From the NCBI GenBank assembly GCA_038087875.1, contig CM075989.1, positions 24,058,001 to 24,122,000 of the forward strand: a DNA stretch of 64,000 nucleotides, given 5' to 3'. This DNA is from Malacoraja senta. Taxonomy: Eukaryota. The translations under genes and the position numbers were made by a program. This document shows positions 1 through 12,072 of this stretch, one piece after another. The stretch's first letter is position 1; each line of letters begins with the position of its first letter. The notes under the pieces were generated by a model that worked only from the letters and a program-made list of their open reading frames with translations, searched no databases and was not told the DNA's origin.

Positions 1-362
1 TAGACATTGCGGGCCGAATGGCCTGTCCCAATGCTGTTCTATGTTCTATGTTTGCTTTGATAATCGGTATGGACTCTGTGATCCGTGGGTCTGTTTCAAT
101 GCTGTGACTCTATGTTAAAATGTGTGCAAAATTGCATTACTTCAAGTTAAGCAGCATTTGATTTGGGGCTACATTGTTAACTCAGTGCAGAGTAGATATG
201 CGTATAGCTGCTATATTACTCTTTGTTACAACAATGACCAATGTTCTAAAGTCTAAAGACCTTCATTACATTCGGGATTCTCCACTGCTGTACCAGTGTG
301 CTTTTTATTGCCTTTTATAAAGCAAAACAGAACATATTCTGTGTTGAAAATGTCAGATAACT

Positions 363-513
363 CTTGCACTAAACGTTATTCCCTTTATCCTGTATCTGTA
401 CACTGTGGACGGCTCGATTGTAATCCTGTGTAGTCTTTCCGCTGACTGGATAGCACGCAACAAATAAGCTTTTCACTGTACCTCGGTACACGTGATAATA
501 AACTAAACTAACT
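363..513 (+). mobile_element. Rex1/Babar-type LINE 3' UTR fragment
   Basis: Matches the 3' UTR seen attached to the Rex1-like coding end at 38920-39258; ends in tgataataaa(ctaaa)n tail. Confidence 0.7.
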
Positions 514-1126
514 CATAACCCGAACTGATGCAAAGAAAACATAAGAAAAGAAAATAACACATCAGTCCAGACCTTTAGAATGAAAGAGTTTGGATTCTCA
601 AAAGTGCTCAAAGTAAGTTCTGAATCATGAATTATGGATTTTGTTTGGAAGAATGCAATAAAAATAAGTTGCGATGGTTGGCTAAACATCACACATTCCA
701 GTTCTTCAAAATAAACCAGACTGCAACAATAAATGTTGGAAATGTTCTCAGGAAATTAAGCACCAGGCACCATGTGTGAGCAGAGAATTACGAATTGGTG
801 GGGGAGAGTGTTGTAAAGGAAAACTGAGCGTACAAAATCCCTGACAAATCCTCCTTTATCCTTTCAATGAGGTGCATCGGATTTGTCAATATCTCATGGA
901 GCACTTGGCGTACTGAGCTAAATTATTTATTTTCCTACGTTCTGTCAAATAAGTGGTCTTCAATTAAACGTTATCCTTTGAATGCTTGTCAAATATACAT
1001 GAAAACTCCAACCCCTTCCACCTCCCAGTTCAACTAAGCTGTTCATAATTTACCAGAAGGCATATGTCCGGCATATATCTCTCTACATCACTGTCTATAT
1101 CTCTTGTTTCCCTTACCCCTGACTAG

Positions 1127-1256
1127 CCTGATGAAGGGTCTCAATCCCAAAACACCCATTCCTTCTCTCCAGAGAGATGCAGCCTGTCCTGCTGAGTTAC
1201 TCCAGCATTTTGTGTCTATCTTCGGTTTAAACCAGCATCTGCTGTTCCTTCTTACA
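1127..1256 (+). mobile_element. Penelope-like pLTR terminal fragment, degenerate hammerhead
   Basis: cctgatgaagggtctc...ctgagttactccagcattttgtgtctatcttcgg...cagcatctgc matches the 3' end of the PLE at 17168-17296. Confidence 0.75.
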
Positions 1257-1281
1257 TATTTCAGGCAAGTTTAGTTTATTG

Positions 1282-1655
1282 GATGAGGGGATATCTCATT
1301 GACATTTACCAAATAGTGAAAGGCCTGGATAGAGTGGATGTGGCAAGGATGTTTCCACTAGTGGGAGAGGACAGGACCAGAGGCCACACTCAAAATCGAA
1401 GAATGAAGCTGTAGAAAGGAGGTGAGGAGTCAGAGGGTGGTGAATCTGTGGAATTCTTTGCCACAGATGATGGTGGAGGCCATGATATTGGGTATTTGTA
1501 AAGCGGAGATTGACATCTTCTTGATTAGTACGGGTGTCAAAGGTTACAGGAAGACGGCAGGAGAATGGGGTTGTGTGGGATAGATGGATCAGCCATGATT
1601 GAATGGCGTAGTAGATGGGCCAAATGGCCTAATTCTGCTCCTCTGACTTATGACG
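1282..1655 (+). mobile_element. CR1/HER1-type LINE 3' fragment (degraded)
   Basis: Same motifs as other CR1 ends: gtggtgaatctgtggaattc, gatcagccatgattgaatggc, ggcctaattctgctcct. Confidence 0.8.
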
Positions 1656-2099
1656 ATACCTGCATGGTTTCGTAATGAATGGCAACGGAAGCAGGTAAAA
1701 CCGATAAGAAAGAACAATTACTAACATTGGAGTGGGAGAAGAAGCTGGTTTGGATGTTTGTAGGAATGAATGTATGTACCTACCTCATGGTTTAGTGATG
1801 TTACGTCTCTGCACGTTGAGTTCGTTTAGGCTGAACATTAGTTTGCAGGAGGAGTACATTTCCATTCACCACCAGGGCTAGGCACCTGCAGAACTCTTGA
1901 TCACATGAAGATTGAGAATACACTTAAACCTAATTCATCCAAACTTGGTTGCCTGAGCTGAACAGAACCAGCTGGGTCAAACCAAAATTGTTCACATTAC
2001 CACAAGTGTGGTCTAACCAAGGTTTCCTACAGATTTAAAGACTTAGCACAATGTTTCTATATTTCAAATCCAGTTCTTGTAGAAATGAATGGTGGTGCA

Positions 2100-2530
2100 T
2101 AGTTTCAGTTTAGTTTATTGTCACGTGTACCGAGGTACAGTGAAAAGCTTTTGTTGCGTGCTAACCAGTCAGCGGAAAGACAATACATGATTACAATCAA
2201 GCCATTTTCAGTGTACAGATACAGGATAAGGGAATAACATTTAGTGCAAGGTAAAGCCAGTAAAGTCCGATCAAAGATATTCTGAGGGTCACCAAAGAGG
2301 TAGATAGTAGTTCAGCACTGCTCTCTGGTTGTGGTAGGATGATTCAGTTGCCTGAAGAAACTATCCCTGAATCTGAGGGTGTGAGTTTTCACACTTTTAT
2401 ACCTTTTGCCCGAGGGAGAGGGGAGAAGAGGGAGTGGCCAGGGTGCAACTCGTCCTTGATGATGCTGCTGGCCTTGACGAGGCAGCGTGAGGTTGTAGAT
2501 GGAGTCAATGGAAGGGAGGTTGGTTTGTGC
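2100..2530 (-). mobile_element. Rex1/Babar-type LINE 3' fragment
   Basis: Minus strand encodes TNLPSIDSIY...PSGKRYKSVKTHTLRFRDSFF.RQLN (Rex1 ORF C-terminus), followed by 3' UTR and tgacaataaa(ctaaa)n tail. Confidence 0.8.
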
Positions 2531-3414
2531 TGCGTCCGCAATATTTTTTTTTCTCTTTATGGTCTTAACAATTTGTGCAAAATTCAATGTGTTGGACGTG
2601 TGGAGGGAAAGGATAGGTGACATTGTGGATCGGGATCTTTCTTCCAACTTTGCATTGCTCCATTTAGTGATTTGTACTTCCACATCCACACCTGTCTCTA
2701 TGTCATTGATATTCCTGTTTATCAAGTATTATGTCACCACCTTAATTTTCTGACTAAAATACAGTGCATTACAATTATCTATGTTGAAATTCATTATTCA
2801 ATTATTTGTCCATTTGTGTCTCATTGCTACTGGATGGGGCATCATTGATAGTTCAGTTCAGTTTAGTTTATTGTCACGTACAGTGAAAAGCTTTTGTTCT
2901 GTGCTAACCAGTCAGCGGAAAGACAACACATGATTACAATCGAGTTGCCCACAGTGTATAGATACATAATAAGGAAATAACGTTTAGTGCAAGGTAGACC
3001 AAGATTTGTACCTTTGGCGTAGGGGATGATGGGCCAACTCTTAAAACAGCTGCAATCCTTCTGATGAAGACACTTCCATTGTGGAATTAGACAGGAAGAT
3101 CAGGATTTAGACCCAATGATGATGAAAGACCTTTAACATATTTCCTAGTGTACCTTGGTTAGGAACTAGAAGTGCTTCCATGCACGCTTGGTCCTTCTTG
3201 GAGGTGGCAGTCGCCCATTTCAGGATTGCTATTGGAATAGCCAAGTATTTGCACAACTTCCCGGCCAGAGGCAGCAAATCCATTCCCATTCGTTCCCGAC
3301 TTTGGAGGCCGGTATCTCGGTCCCCTGGTGGAATAGGCGGACCATCCCGGTACCATTGGACTCCTCTCGGAGACCGTGACCACTGTTGGTCCGGCAAAAT
3401 GATACTTCCCAGTT

Positions 3415-3678
3415 AGAATCATAGAGTCATCGAGTGATACAGTGTGGAAACAGGCCCTTCGGCCCAACTTGCCCACACCGGCCAACATGTCCCATCTACA
3501 CTAGTCCCACCTGCCTGCGCTTGGTCCATATCCCTCCAAACCTGTTGTATCCATGTACCTGTCTAACTGTTTCTTAAGCGTTGGGATAGTCCCTGCCTCA
3601 ACTACCTCCTCTGGCAGCTCGTTCCATACATACACCCACCACCCTTTGTGTGGAAAAGTTACCCCTCAGATTCCTATT
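3415..3678 (-). mobile_element. CR1-type LINE 3' fragment (ctctatga-tailed subfamily)
   Basis: Minus strand WNELPEEVVEAGT-like coding remnant plus gggccgaagggcctgtttccacactgtatc tail. Confidence 0.75.
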
Positions 3679-4279
3679 AGTTGTCAAGATTTAGTTGCAT
3701 TTAGTAAACTGGCATGTCCCCATTATTTATTCCCATAATATACCAGCACTATGTATTGCTGCCAGCCAAACAGATATATTCCAGCAGTGGGGATTTCACC
3801 AGTTTCCACTCCGGTTTATTTTCAGTCACAATACCCTTTCCATTACACATTTCGAGTACATTTTTGGTCTTCACACCCACTCCCCTCTGGCTCACATTTT
3901 ATTCCAGCCACTGCAATTTTCCTCTCTCATCGTAACAGATAAGGGATTTCCCAGCTTTGCTTCTGATTTATATCCAACTCTTTGTCATGCTGTCTTTATT
4001 GCAGCTCCTCCTGGCAGTGAATGTGCACCGGGGTCAGTATTTCCAGCTCTCAACTTCCCTACTAATTGCTCTCTCTGTTACTCATAGATATTTCTCACTG
4101 ACACGGGGAAACTGGAAGAGGAGAAACTCTTAATTATTCCACTCTGCTGTATTTTTACGGTGCCCCCCTATTGTTTGAAAGGAAATTTAATAACTAACCT
4201 GCCACACGATGATAGAGGGGACTGCCCTGTTCATGATTTAACCGCGTCAATCGTCATATCTTTTGAAGATGGACACAAA

Positions 4280-5483
4280 TGGCGGCACGGTGGCGGGACG
4301 TTAGAACTACCGCCGTACAGCGCCAGAGACCCGGGTTTGATCCTGACCACGGGTGCTGTCTGTACGGAGTTTGGACATTCTCCGTGTGGCTCCACCTCAT
4401 TGAAATGTACAGAATAGTGAAAGTCCTGGATAGAGTGGATGTGGAGAGGATATTTCCATTAGCGGACTAGAGGTCAGAGCCTCAGAATTAAAGGACGTTC
4501 TTATAGGAAGGAGACGAGGAGCAATGTGTTTAGTCAGAGGGTGGTGAATCTGTGGAATTCTTTGCCACAGATGGCCGTGGAGGCCTGCCATAGAGGGAGT
4601 ACAGAGAAGGTTCACCAGACTGATTCCTGGGATGGCAGGACTTTCATATGAAGAAAGACTGGATAGACTCGGCTTGTACTCGCTAGAATTTAGAAGATTG
4701 AGGGGGGATTTTATAGAAACTTACAAAATTCTTAAGGGGTTGGACAGGCTAGATGCAGGAAGATTGTTCCCGATGTTGGGGAAGTCCAGAACAAGGGGTC
4801 ACAGTTTGAGGATAAGGGGGAAATCTTTTAAGACCGAGATGAGGAAAAAAAATATCACACAGAGAGTGGTGAATCTGTGGAACTCTCTGCCACAGAAAGT
4901 AGTTGAGGCCAGTTCATTGGCTATATTTAAGAGGGAGTTAGATGTGGCCCTTGTGGCTAAAGGGATCAGGGGGTATGGAGAGAAGGCAGGTACAGGATAC
5001 TGAGTTCGATGATCAGCCATGATCATATTGAATGGCGGTACAGGCTCGAAGGGCCGAATGGCCTACTTCTACACCTATTTTCTATGTTTCTATGTTTCTG
5101 TCAGTGGATATTTTTAAAGCAGAGATAGATAGAGTCTTGATTAGTATGGGGGTCAGAGGTTATGTGGAGAAGGCAGGAGAATGGGGTTAGGATGGAGAGA
5201 TAGATCAGTCATGATTGAATGGCGGAGTAGACATGATGGGCCGAATGGTTTAATTCTACTCCTATCCCTTAAGAACATGACTTTATGATTTGTGTGTCTT
5301 TTCACTGAGATCTTCGGTTTCCTCCCACATTCCAAAGACGTACAGGTTAATTAGCGGCATAAATGTAAAAAAAAGGTCCCTCGTGTGAGTAGGTCGTGTT
5401 AATGTGCGGGGATCGCTGGTCGGTGCGGACTCGGTGGGCCGAAGGGCCTGTTTCCGCGCTGTATCTCTAAATTAAACTAAACT
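4280..5483 (+). mobile_element. Triple nest: V-SINE (4280-4392, 5294-5483) split by an older CR1 (4395-4585, 5100-5290), itself split by a young CR1
   Basis: SINE head (tRNA-like A/B boxes) and tail are separated; the outer CR1 reads through as gaggcc|...|gtcagtggatattt. Confidence 0.8.
4586..5099 (+). mobile_element. Young CR1/HER1-type LINE 3' end
   Basis: Open ORF2 C-terminus GLSYEERLDRLGLYSLEFRRLRGDFIETYKILKG...WNSLPQKVVEA, then (tttctatg)n tail. Confidence 0.92.
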
Positions 5484-5668
5484 AATTTGCTGGAGTAACA
5501 GCGGGTCAGGCAGCTTCTCTGGAGAAAAGGAATAGGTGATGTTTCAGATCGAGACCCTTCCTCAGACTTACTCCAGCATTTTGTGTCTGTCTTTGGTGTA
5601 AACCTGCATCTGCAGTTGCTTTCTACTCTTTTTGAAGATGTCCGCGTATCAGTGGTAATCAATATTGT

Positions 5669-5938
5669 AGTTTAGTTTAGTTTAGAGATGCAATGCAGAA
5701 ACAGGCCCTTCAGCCCACTGAGTCCGTGCCGACCAGCAATTATAGCAAGCCAATTAACCTACATACCTGTATGTCCTTGGAGTGTGGTAGGAAACCAAAG
5801 ATCTCTGAGAAAACCCACGCAGGTCATGGGGTGAACGTGCAAACTCCGTATAGGCAGCACCTGGAGTCGGGATCGAACCCGGGTCTTTGGCGCTGCAAGC
5901 ATTGTAAGGCAGCAACTCTACCGCTGTGCCACCATGGC
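5669..5938 (-). mobile_element. HE1-type V-SINE
   Basis: Minus strand tRNA-like head (ggcacagcggtagag...gggttcgatccc), V-domain (ggtttcctaccacactccaag), CR1-like tail with (ctaaa)n. Confidence 0.85.
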
Positions 5939-6169
5939 CGAGACAATAAACCGAAACACTTCTGAGGACCACAAATTAAATGTATAAGTAGGTAGTGTTA
6001 TTTTTTGATAACAAAGAACTGCAGATGTTGGTTAATACACAAAAGATTCAAAGTACTGGAGTAACTGAATGGGTCAGGCAGCATCTCCAGAGGTCCTGAG
6101 TTACTCCAGTACTTTGGGTTCTTTAGTGCTGTTTTAGTCCTGTTCACAAGAACACCAACACCAAGTATT

Positions 6170-6545
6170 ATAGACAATAGACAATAGACAATAGGTGCAG
6201 GAGTAGGCCATTCGGCCGTTTGAGCCAGCACTGCCATTCAATGTGATCATGGCTAATTATTCACTATGAGTACCCCGTCCTGCCTTCTCCCCATATCCCC
6301 TGACTCCACTATCTTTAAGAGCTCTATCTAGCTCTCTCTTGAAAGCATCCGGCCTCCACCGCCCTCCGAGGCAGAGAATTCCACACACTCACAACTCTCT
6401 GTGTGAAAAAGTGTTTCCTCATCTCTGTTCTAAATGGTTTACCCCTTATTCTTAAACTGTGGCCCCTGGTTCTGGACTCCCCCAACATCGGGAACATGTT
6501 TCCTGCCTCTAGCGTGTCTAATCCCTTAATAATCTTATATGTTTC
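6170..6545 (-). mobile_element. CR1-type LINE 3' end ((tattgtc)n-tailed subfamily)
   Basis: ETYKIIKGLDTLEAGNMFPMLGESRTRGHSLRIRG on the minus strand; 7-bp tail repeat. Confidence 0.9.
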
Positions 6546-6614
6546 AAACTCTGTTAACAACTCAGTTTTGGTTACCAAACAACAAGCTACCATTGTTAAT
6601 GCTTGGAAGTGAAG

Positions 6615-6759
6615 CCTGTATGGTCGTGAGTCGTCGCCCAAAGAGTCGTATCTTTTTCTGGTTGCCGCTGGATTTTCAACAAAATGTTCGGTGACCTGCT
6701 GCGACTGTGACGGGTGCCGGCAAGTCGCCGAAAAAATCCCGTAAGTGGGACAGTCCCTT
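6615..6759. mobile_element. Harbinger-like MITE right-end fragment
   Basis: Ends in aagtgggacagtccct-taa, resembling the TIR of the element at 60454-60588; gtcgcc-rich interior resembles 42215-42400. Confidence 0.5.
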
Positions 6760-7317
6760 AAGGATATGTAAGCCATGGGAACTAAGAAAAACCATCAGAC
6801 TAAGGAACAGGATGTTGACCTCTGTCAGCGGAGTGTTTAAGAGGGTAGGTACAGGCTGAAGGACAGGGAGTGCAGCTTTTACAGCAGGAATGGAATGATG
6901 TGTGCGAGATGGAATCAGTGATTGCAAGACTTAAGGCCACTCTCAGGAGCAGTTAGCTTGTGATGTGGGCATGCAACAGGGAGCAACAAAGGGCATTATC
7001 ACACATCTTAAAAGCTAGGGGAAGAAAAACATCACTTGCCGGTGATAAAACAATATCAGGATCTGAAGCCTCTCAAGATAAGATCTCTTTTATTTTCAGT
7101 GTTAGCATATCACATGAATTAGCTCATGGGAAGAGGCCTTCTGAAGGGCTGTGGGCTGGTATCTGGAATATGTGTTCAAGTCAGTTAGATCTCGGAGCAA
7201 AATACTTTGTGGAAGAAAGTAAAGTCCAGAAATTAAACTCTGGTCAGTTTCTGCAGGAAAATTATTTGATAGTTTTCCAAGAATTTTTGCAATTGTTTGA
7301 ATAAAATGATGTTGGTT

Positions 7318-7510
7318 TTGAAGATAGACACAAAATGCTGGAGTGACTCAGTGGGACAGGCAGCATCTCTGGAGAGAAGGAATGGGTGACGTTTCGGGTC
7401 GAGACCCCTTCTTCAGACTGAGAGTCAGGGCAGAGGGAGACATGGAGATGGAGATATGGGAGGGTAAGGTGTGAGAGCGAGACATCAAAGGGGATGAAGT
7501 TCAAGGAGAA
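7318..7510 (-). mobile_element. PLE pLTR fragment with hammerhead motif
   Basis: gacgtttcgggtcgagaccccttcttcag is the reverse complement of the hammerhead core; purine-rich 3' UTR follows. Confidence 0.8.
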
Positions 7511-7828
7511 TGTGAGCTGGTATTTTTGCTGGTGAATCAAGACAGGTAGGTTTTCCTGCACATCCTTATCTGTGTGAGATAGTATCGGCAATTTAACAGG
7601 GAAAGATTATCTGAGGAAATCAAGGATTCATGGTGACGGTTTTAGACGTATTGTGACATTCTGAGAATAGTTTGATTTTAAATATTGATATTTGCAACTC
7701 TTTGAAGGCAGAGCTTTGAAGTGAAGCAATATTTCATGTGAATATAAATATTATTTAGATATATAGGTCTGATTAGATTGTTTGTGAGTTAACAACGCTG
7801 ACTCATTTCATGAAGTCGGATAAAACCA

Positions 7829-8185
7829 TGAATAGTGAAAGGATGTGTGGCTGTGGAGAGGATGTTTCCACTAGTGTAAGAGTCTAGGACCGGAGTGCAC
7901 AGCCTCAGAATAAAAGGACGTACTTCTAGAATGGAGATGAGGAGGAATTTCTTTAGTCAAAGGGTGGTGAATCTGTGGAGTTCATTGCCACAGAATCTGT
8001 GGCGGCCAAGACAGTGGATGTTTTTAAAGAGGAGATTGATTCATTAGTACGGGTGTCAGGGGTTATGTGGCAAAGGCAGGAGAATTGGGTTGAGAGGCAA
8101 AGTTAGATCAGCCATGATTGAATGGCGGAGTAGAGTTGATGGGCCGAATGGCCTAATCCTGCTCCTAGAACTAATGAACTTATGA
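7829..8185 (+). mobile_element. CR1-type LINE 3' fragment
   Basis: Shares ORF2-end and 3' UTR motifs with 1282-1655. Confidence 0.8.
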
Positions 8186-8539
8186 CACAGAACCTCATGA
8201 GTTATTGATCTGTGATGGATGATGACAGTACAGACAAAAGCACCATCCTCCAACTTAGAAATGCATGATGGAACAGTACAGCATGGGAACAGGCCCTTCA
8301 GCCCACTAAGTCGGTGCAGAACATGTTGCCACATTAAACTAATCCCCTCTGCAGATATTTGCAGGCACTTATTCTTTTTTTCCTTGAACAGTTTTACTTT
8401 ATCCCACCTTTTGCACAAAGGTTGGTTCGTATATTGAACAAGCTGCCCATAGTTGTGGTCCATGGATGGGATAGGTATGGACTAGTGCAGTCAAAAGACC
8501 CAAAGGATCTATTTCCACACTGTGTGACTATGACTCGAA

Positions 8540-9600
8540 GGGTGGCACGGTGGCGCAGCGCTAGAGTTGCTGCCTCACAGCGCCAGAGACCCGTGTTAAA
8601 TCCTGACTATGGGTGCTGCCTGTATGGAGTTTGTACTTTCTCCCTGTGACCTGCGTGGGTTTTCTCTGGGTACTCCGGGTTTTCTCCCACACTCCAAAGA
8701 TGTACAGTTTTGTATAGGAACATAGAAACATAGAAACATAGAAAATAGGTGCAGGAGTAGGCCATTCGGCCCTTCGAGCCTGCACCGCCATTCAATAAGA
8801 TCATGGCTGATCATCCAACTCAGTATCCTGTACCTGCCTTCTCTCCATACCCCCTGATCCCTTTAGCCACAAGGGCCACATCTAACTCCCTCTTAAATAT
8901 AGCCAATGAACTGGCCTCAACTACCTTCTGTGGCAGAGAGTTCCAGAGATTCGCCACTCTCTGTGTGAAAAATGTTTTTCTCATCTCGGTCCTAAAGGAT
9001 TTCCCCTTAATCCTTAAGCTGTGACCCCTTGTCCTGGACTTCCCCAACATCGGGAACAATCTTCCTGCATCTAGCCTGTCCATCCCCTTAAGAATTTTGT
9101 AAGTTTCTATAAGATCCCCCCTCAATCTTCTAAATTCTAGCAAGTACAAGCCGAGTCTATCCAGTCTTTCTTCATATGAAAGTCCTGACATCCCAGGAAT
9201 CAATCTGGTGAACCTTCTCTGTACTCCCTCTATGGCAAGAATGTCTTCAACAAGACATTCGACAAGAACGAAGTGCAGATGCTGGTTTACACTGAAGATA
9301 GACAAAAAATGCTGGAGTAATTCAATGGGACAGGCAGCATCTCTGCAAAAAAAGGTATGGTGATGTTTCAGTCTGAAGAAGGGTCACCATTCCTTCTCTC
9401 CAGAGATGTTGCCTATCCCACTGGGGAATTACTCCAGCATTTTGTGTCTATGTACAAGTTTGTAGGTTAATTGGCTTTGGTAAAAATGGTAGATTATCCC
9501 TAGTGTGTAGGATGGTGCTAGTATACGGGGCGAGCACAGGTCGGAGCGGACTTGGTGGGCCCAGAGGCCTGTTTCCGCCCTGTATCTCTGAAGTCTAAAA
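8540..9600 (+). mobile_element. V-SINE (8540-8716, 9450-9600) interrupted by a young CR1 and a PLE fold-back (9267-9449)
   Basis: SINE resumes at atgtacaagtttgtagg, duplicating atgtacagttttgta to the left of the inserts. Confidence 0.8.
8719..9248 (-). mobile_element. Young CR1/HER1-type LINE 3' end
   Basis: ORF 8820-9305 contains AIEGVQRRFTRLIPGMSGLSYEERLDRLGLY...; (tttctatg)n tail. Confidence 0.92.
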
Positions 9601-10084
9601 TAATGTTTCTTTACGCTATCACTTCTGATGTTTTTTTGCTAAAGTGATTATTAGAAGTTGATCGTCTCAGACCTCTCCGTGAAGCCGGTTGCTTGGTGCA
9701 ACGTAAGTTCATAAGTGATAGGCGCAGAATTAGGCCAGGATGCAAACCTATCCATCACACAAACCAGCCTCTCTCTCCCATCAGTTTCACGCTGCCTGAG
9801 GAAAGATGCCAAGAAAATCAAGAACCATTTTGCTGCAGTCAGGTGGGTGATTGGTAGTGGTATTTGTTTATGATTGTCATTCATACTGAGACACAGTGAA
9901 AACCATTGTTTTGCATGCTAGACTAGACTGAAAGTTCACGTGATAGGAGCAAATTAGGCCATTCGTCCCATCAAGTCTACTCCGCCATTCAATCATGGCG
10001 GATCTATCTCTCCCTCCTAACACCATTCTCCTGCCTTCTCCCCATAACCTCTGACACCCCTGGCCGCAAGAATATATCTTCTGT

Positions 10085-10616
10085 ACACAAAAATGCTGGA
10101 GAAACTCAGCGGGTGCAGCAGCATCTATGGAGCGAAGGAAATAGGTAACGTTTCGGGCCGAAACCCTTCTTCAGACTGATAGGGGGTGGGGAGAAGAAAG
10201 GAAAAAAGGACAAAGGCGGAGGAGGAGCCCGAGGGCTGGGGGAGGGGAGGAGACAACCAGATGGCTGATGAAGGGGAGGGGACAGCAAGGGCTAGCAGAA
10301 TTGGGAGAATTCAATTCTCCCAATTTCTCCCAATTCTCCCAATTTCACGCAATTCTCCCAATTCTGCTAGCCCTTGCTGTCCCCTCCCCTTTCATCAGCC
10401 ATCTGGTTGTCTCCTCCCCTCCCCCAGCCCTCGGGCTCCTCCTCCGCCTTTGTCCTTTTTTCCTTTCTTCTCCCCACCCCCTATCAGTCTGAAGAAGGGT
10501 TTCGGCCCGAAACGTTACCTATTTCCTTCGCTCCATAGATGCTGCTGCACCCGCTGAGTTTCTCCAGCATTTTTGTGTACCTTCGATTTTCCAGCATCTG
10601 CAGTTCCTTCTTTAAC
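10085..10616. mobile_element. PLE-derived ~530-bp fold-back (inverted pLTR pair) with two intact hammerhead motifs
   Basis: Arms ~10083-10310 and ~10351-10580 are reverse complements; 14-bp TSD aatatatcttctgt at 10071-10084 and 10617-10630; sequence nearly identical to 17030-17296. Confidence 0.92.
10489..10516 (+). ncRNA. Minimal type-I hammerhead ribozyme motif (mirror copy at 10147-10174, minus strand)
   Basis: CTGAAGA-A-GGGT(TTCG)GCCC-GAAACGTT: core boxes, tetraloop-capped stem II, palindromic minimal stem III. Confidence 0.75.
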
Positions 10617-11424
10617 AATATATCTTCTGTGTCTGGCATAATACAGTTTAAGATTTACAATATCTCAAATCCTCATTTCCTTGTATCTCATTGGTCTTCA
10701 GTTTAAATCAAACAGCATTTGTTGATGTTGATGTTTCCTTTTTTGGTGCTTTTAATTTAAGAGCTGTTCCAATATACTGCGGCAGGAATAACTGGGGGAA
10801 ATATCTGATAGAAAATGGGCTTAGGTTATAAATGTACTGCTGGATTTTAAAATTAAACTAAACTAAACTAAATGAGCTTGAAAGCACAGCCCATTAATCA
10901 GGCAGTGTGGCAAAATCTTACAGTTTATATCAACTCTTTATGGCACAAATATATGGAACAATTATTCAAGTAAGATGCAGGTTTAAGGCAAGACGATAAA
11001 TTATGTTCAGATGTGAAAGACTCTTTGGTCACTTTGATCCCATCCTTCCAAGTTACAAAACTGATGTTTTCCGGATATATCAGCCAGCTATTTTCCCAAA
11101 CGTCTGGTCTGAACCACCCTAATTGGCTCCACATATCACCCTTTGTACCAGAAGAGATTTCTTGTCCACATAGTTATTTGTTTATGGGCGATGTGGCCAA
11201 TACTAACATTGCCCATCCCTCGATCTCTAAGGGAATTCAAAGGCGACCTCGTGGAGCACAAGCAGTGTCAAGGGAGGCCAGCCAGAACTGAGATAAAGAA
11301 GACAAATATGTTCCCAGACATCAATTAGGGTCTGTGTATATGGAGGTCAGGCTATGCCAGTGCTGGGTCTCAGGTTATAAGACAGCTGTTTCAAGAAAGG
11401 TGACAAGCCCTATACACAGAAAAA

Positions 11425-11960
11425 TAGATAGAAACATAGAAAATAGGTGCAGGAGTAGGCCATTCGGCCCTTCGAGCCAGCAGCGCCATTCAATATGATA
11501 ATAGACAATAGACAATAGGTGTAGGAGTAGGCCATTCGGCCCTTCGAGCCAGCAGCACCATTCAATATGATAATAGACAATAGACAATAGGTGTAGGAGT
11601 AGGCCATTTGGCCCTTCGAGCCAGCAGCGCCATTCAATGTGATCATGGCTGATCATCCCCAATCAGTACCCCGTTCCTGCCTTCTCCCCATATCCCCTGA
11701 CTCCGCTATCTTTAAGAGCCCTATCTAGCTCTCTCTTGAAAACATCCAGTGAATTGGCCTCCACTGCCCTGAGGCAGAGAATTCCACAGATTCACAACTA
11801 TCTGGATGGGTGAAAACTTTTTCCTCATCTCAGTCCTAAATGGCCTACCCCTTATTCTTAAACTGTGACCCCTGGTTCTGGACTCCCCCAACATCGGGAA
11901 CATTTTTCCTGCATTTAGCCTATCCAATCCCTTAAGAATGTTACATGTTTCTATAAGATA
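11425..11960 (-). mobile_element. CR1-type LINE 3' end with triplicated 72-bp terminus
   Basis: LIETCNILKGLDRLNAGKMFPMLGESRTRGHSLRIRG; terminal unit repeats at ~11445, 11517 and 11589. Confidence 0.88.
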
Positions 11961-11962
11961 TT

Positions 11963-12072
11963 CAGTAAATGGATCGATTGTAATCATGTATTGTCTTTCT
12001 GCTGACTGGTTAGCACGCAACAAAAGCTTTTCACTGTACCTCGGTACACGTGACAATAAACTAAACTGAACT
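11963..12072 (+). mobile_element. Rex1-type LINE 3' tail
   Basis: gctgactggttagcacgcaacaaaagcttttcactgtacctcggtacacgtgacaataaactaaac. Confidence 0.75.

Noticed and set aside
3107..3416. CpG-containing unique stretch with overlapping 60-110 aa ORFs
   Set aside because: No recognisable protein motif or convincing splice-site pair; could be an unrecognised repeat or regulatory element
8540..8620. tRNA gene-like A/B boxes at SINE heads
   Set aside because: These are tRNA-derived SINE heads fused to the V-domain, not functional tRNA genes
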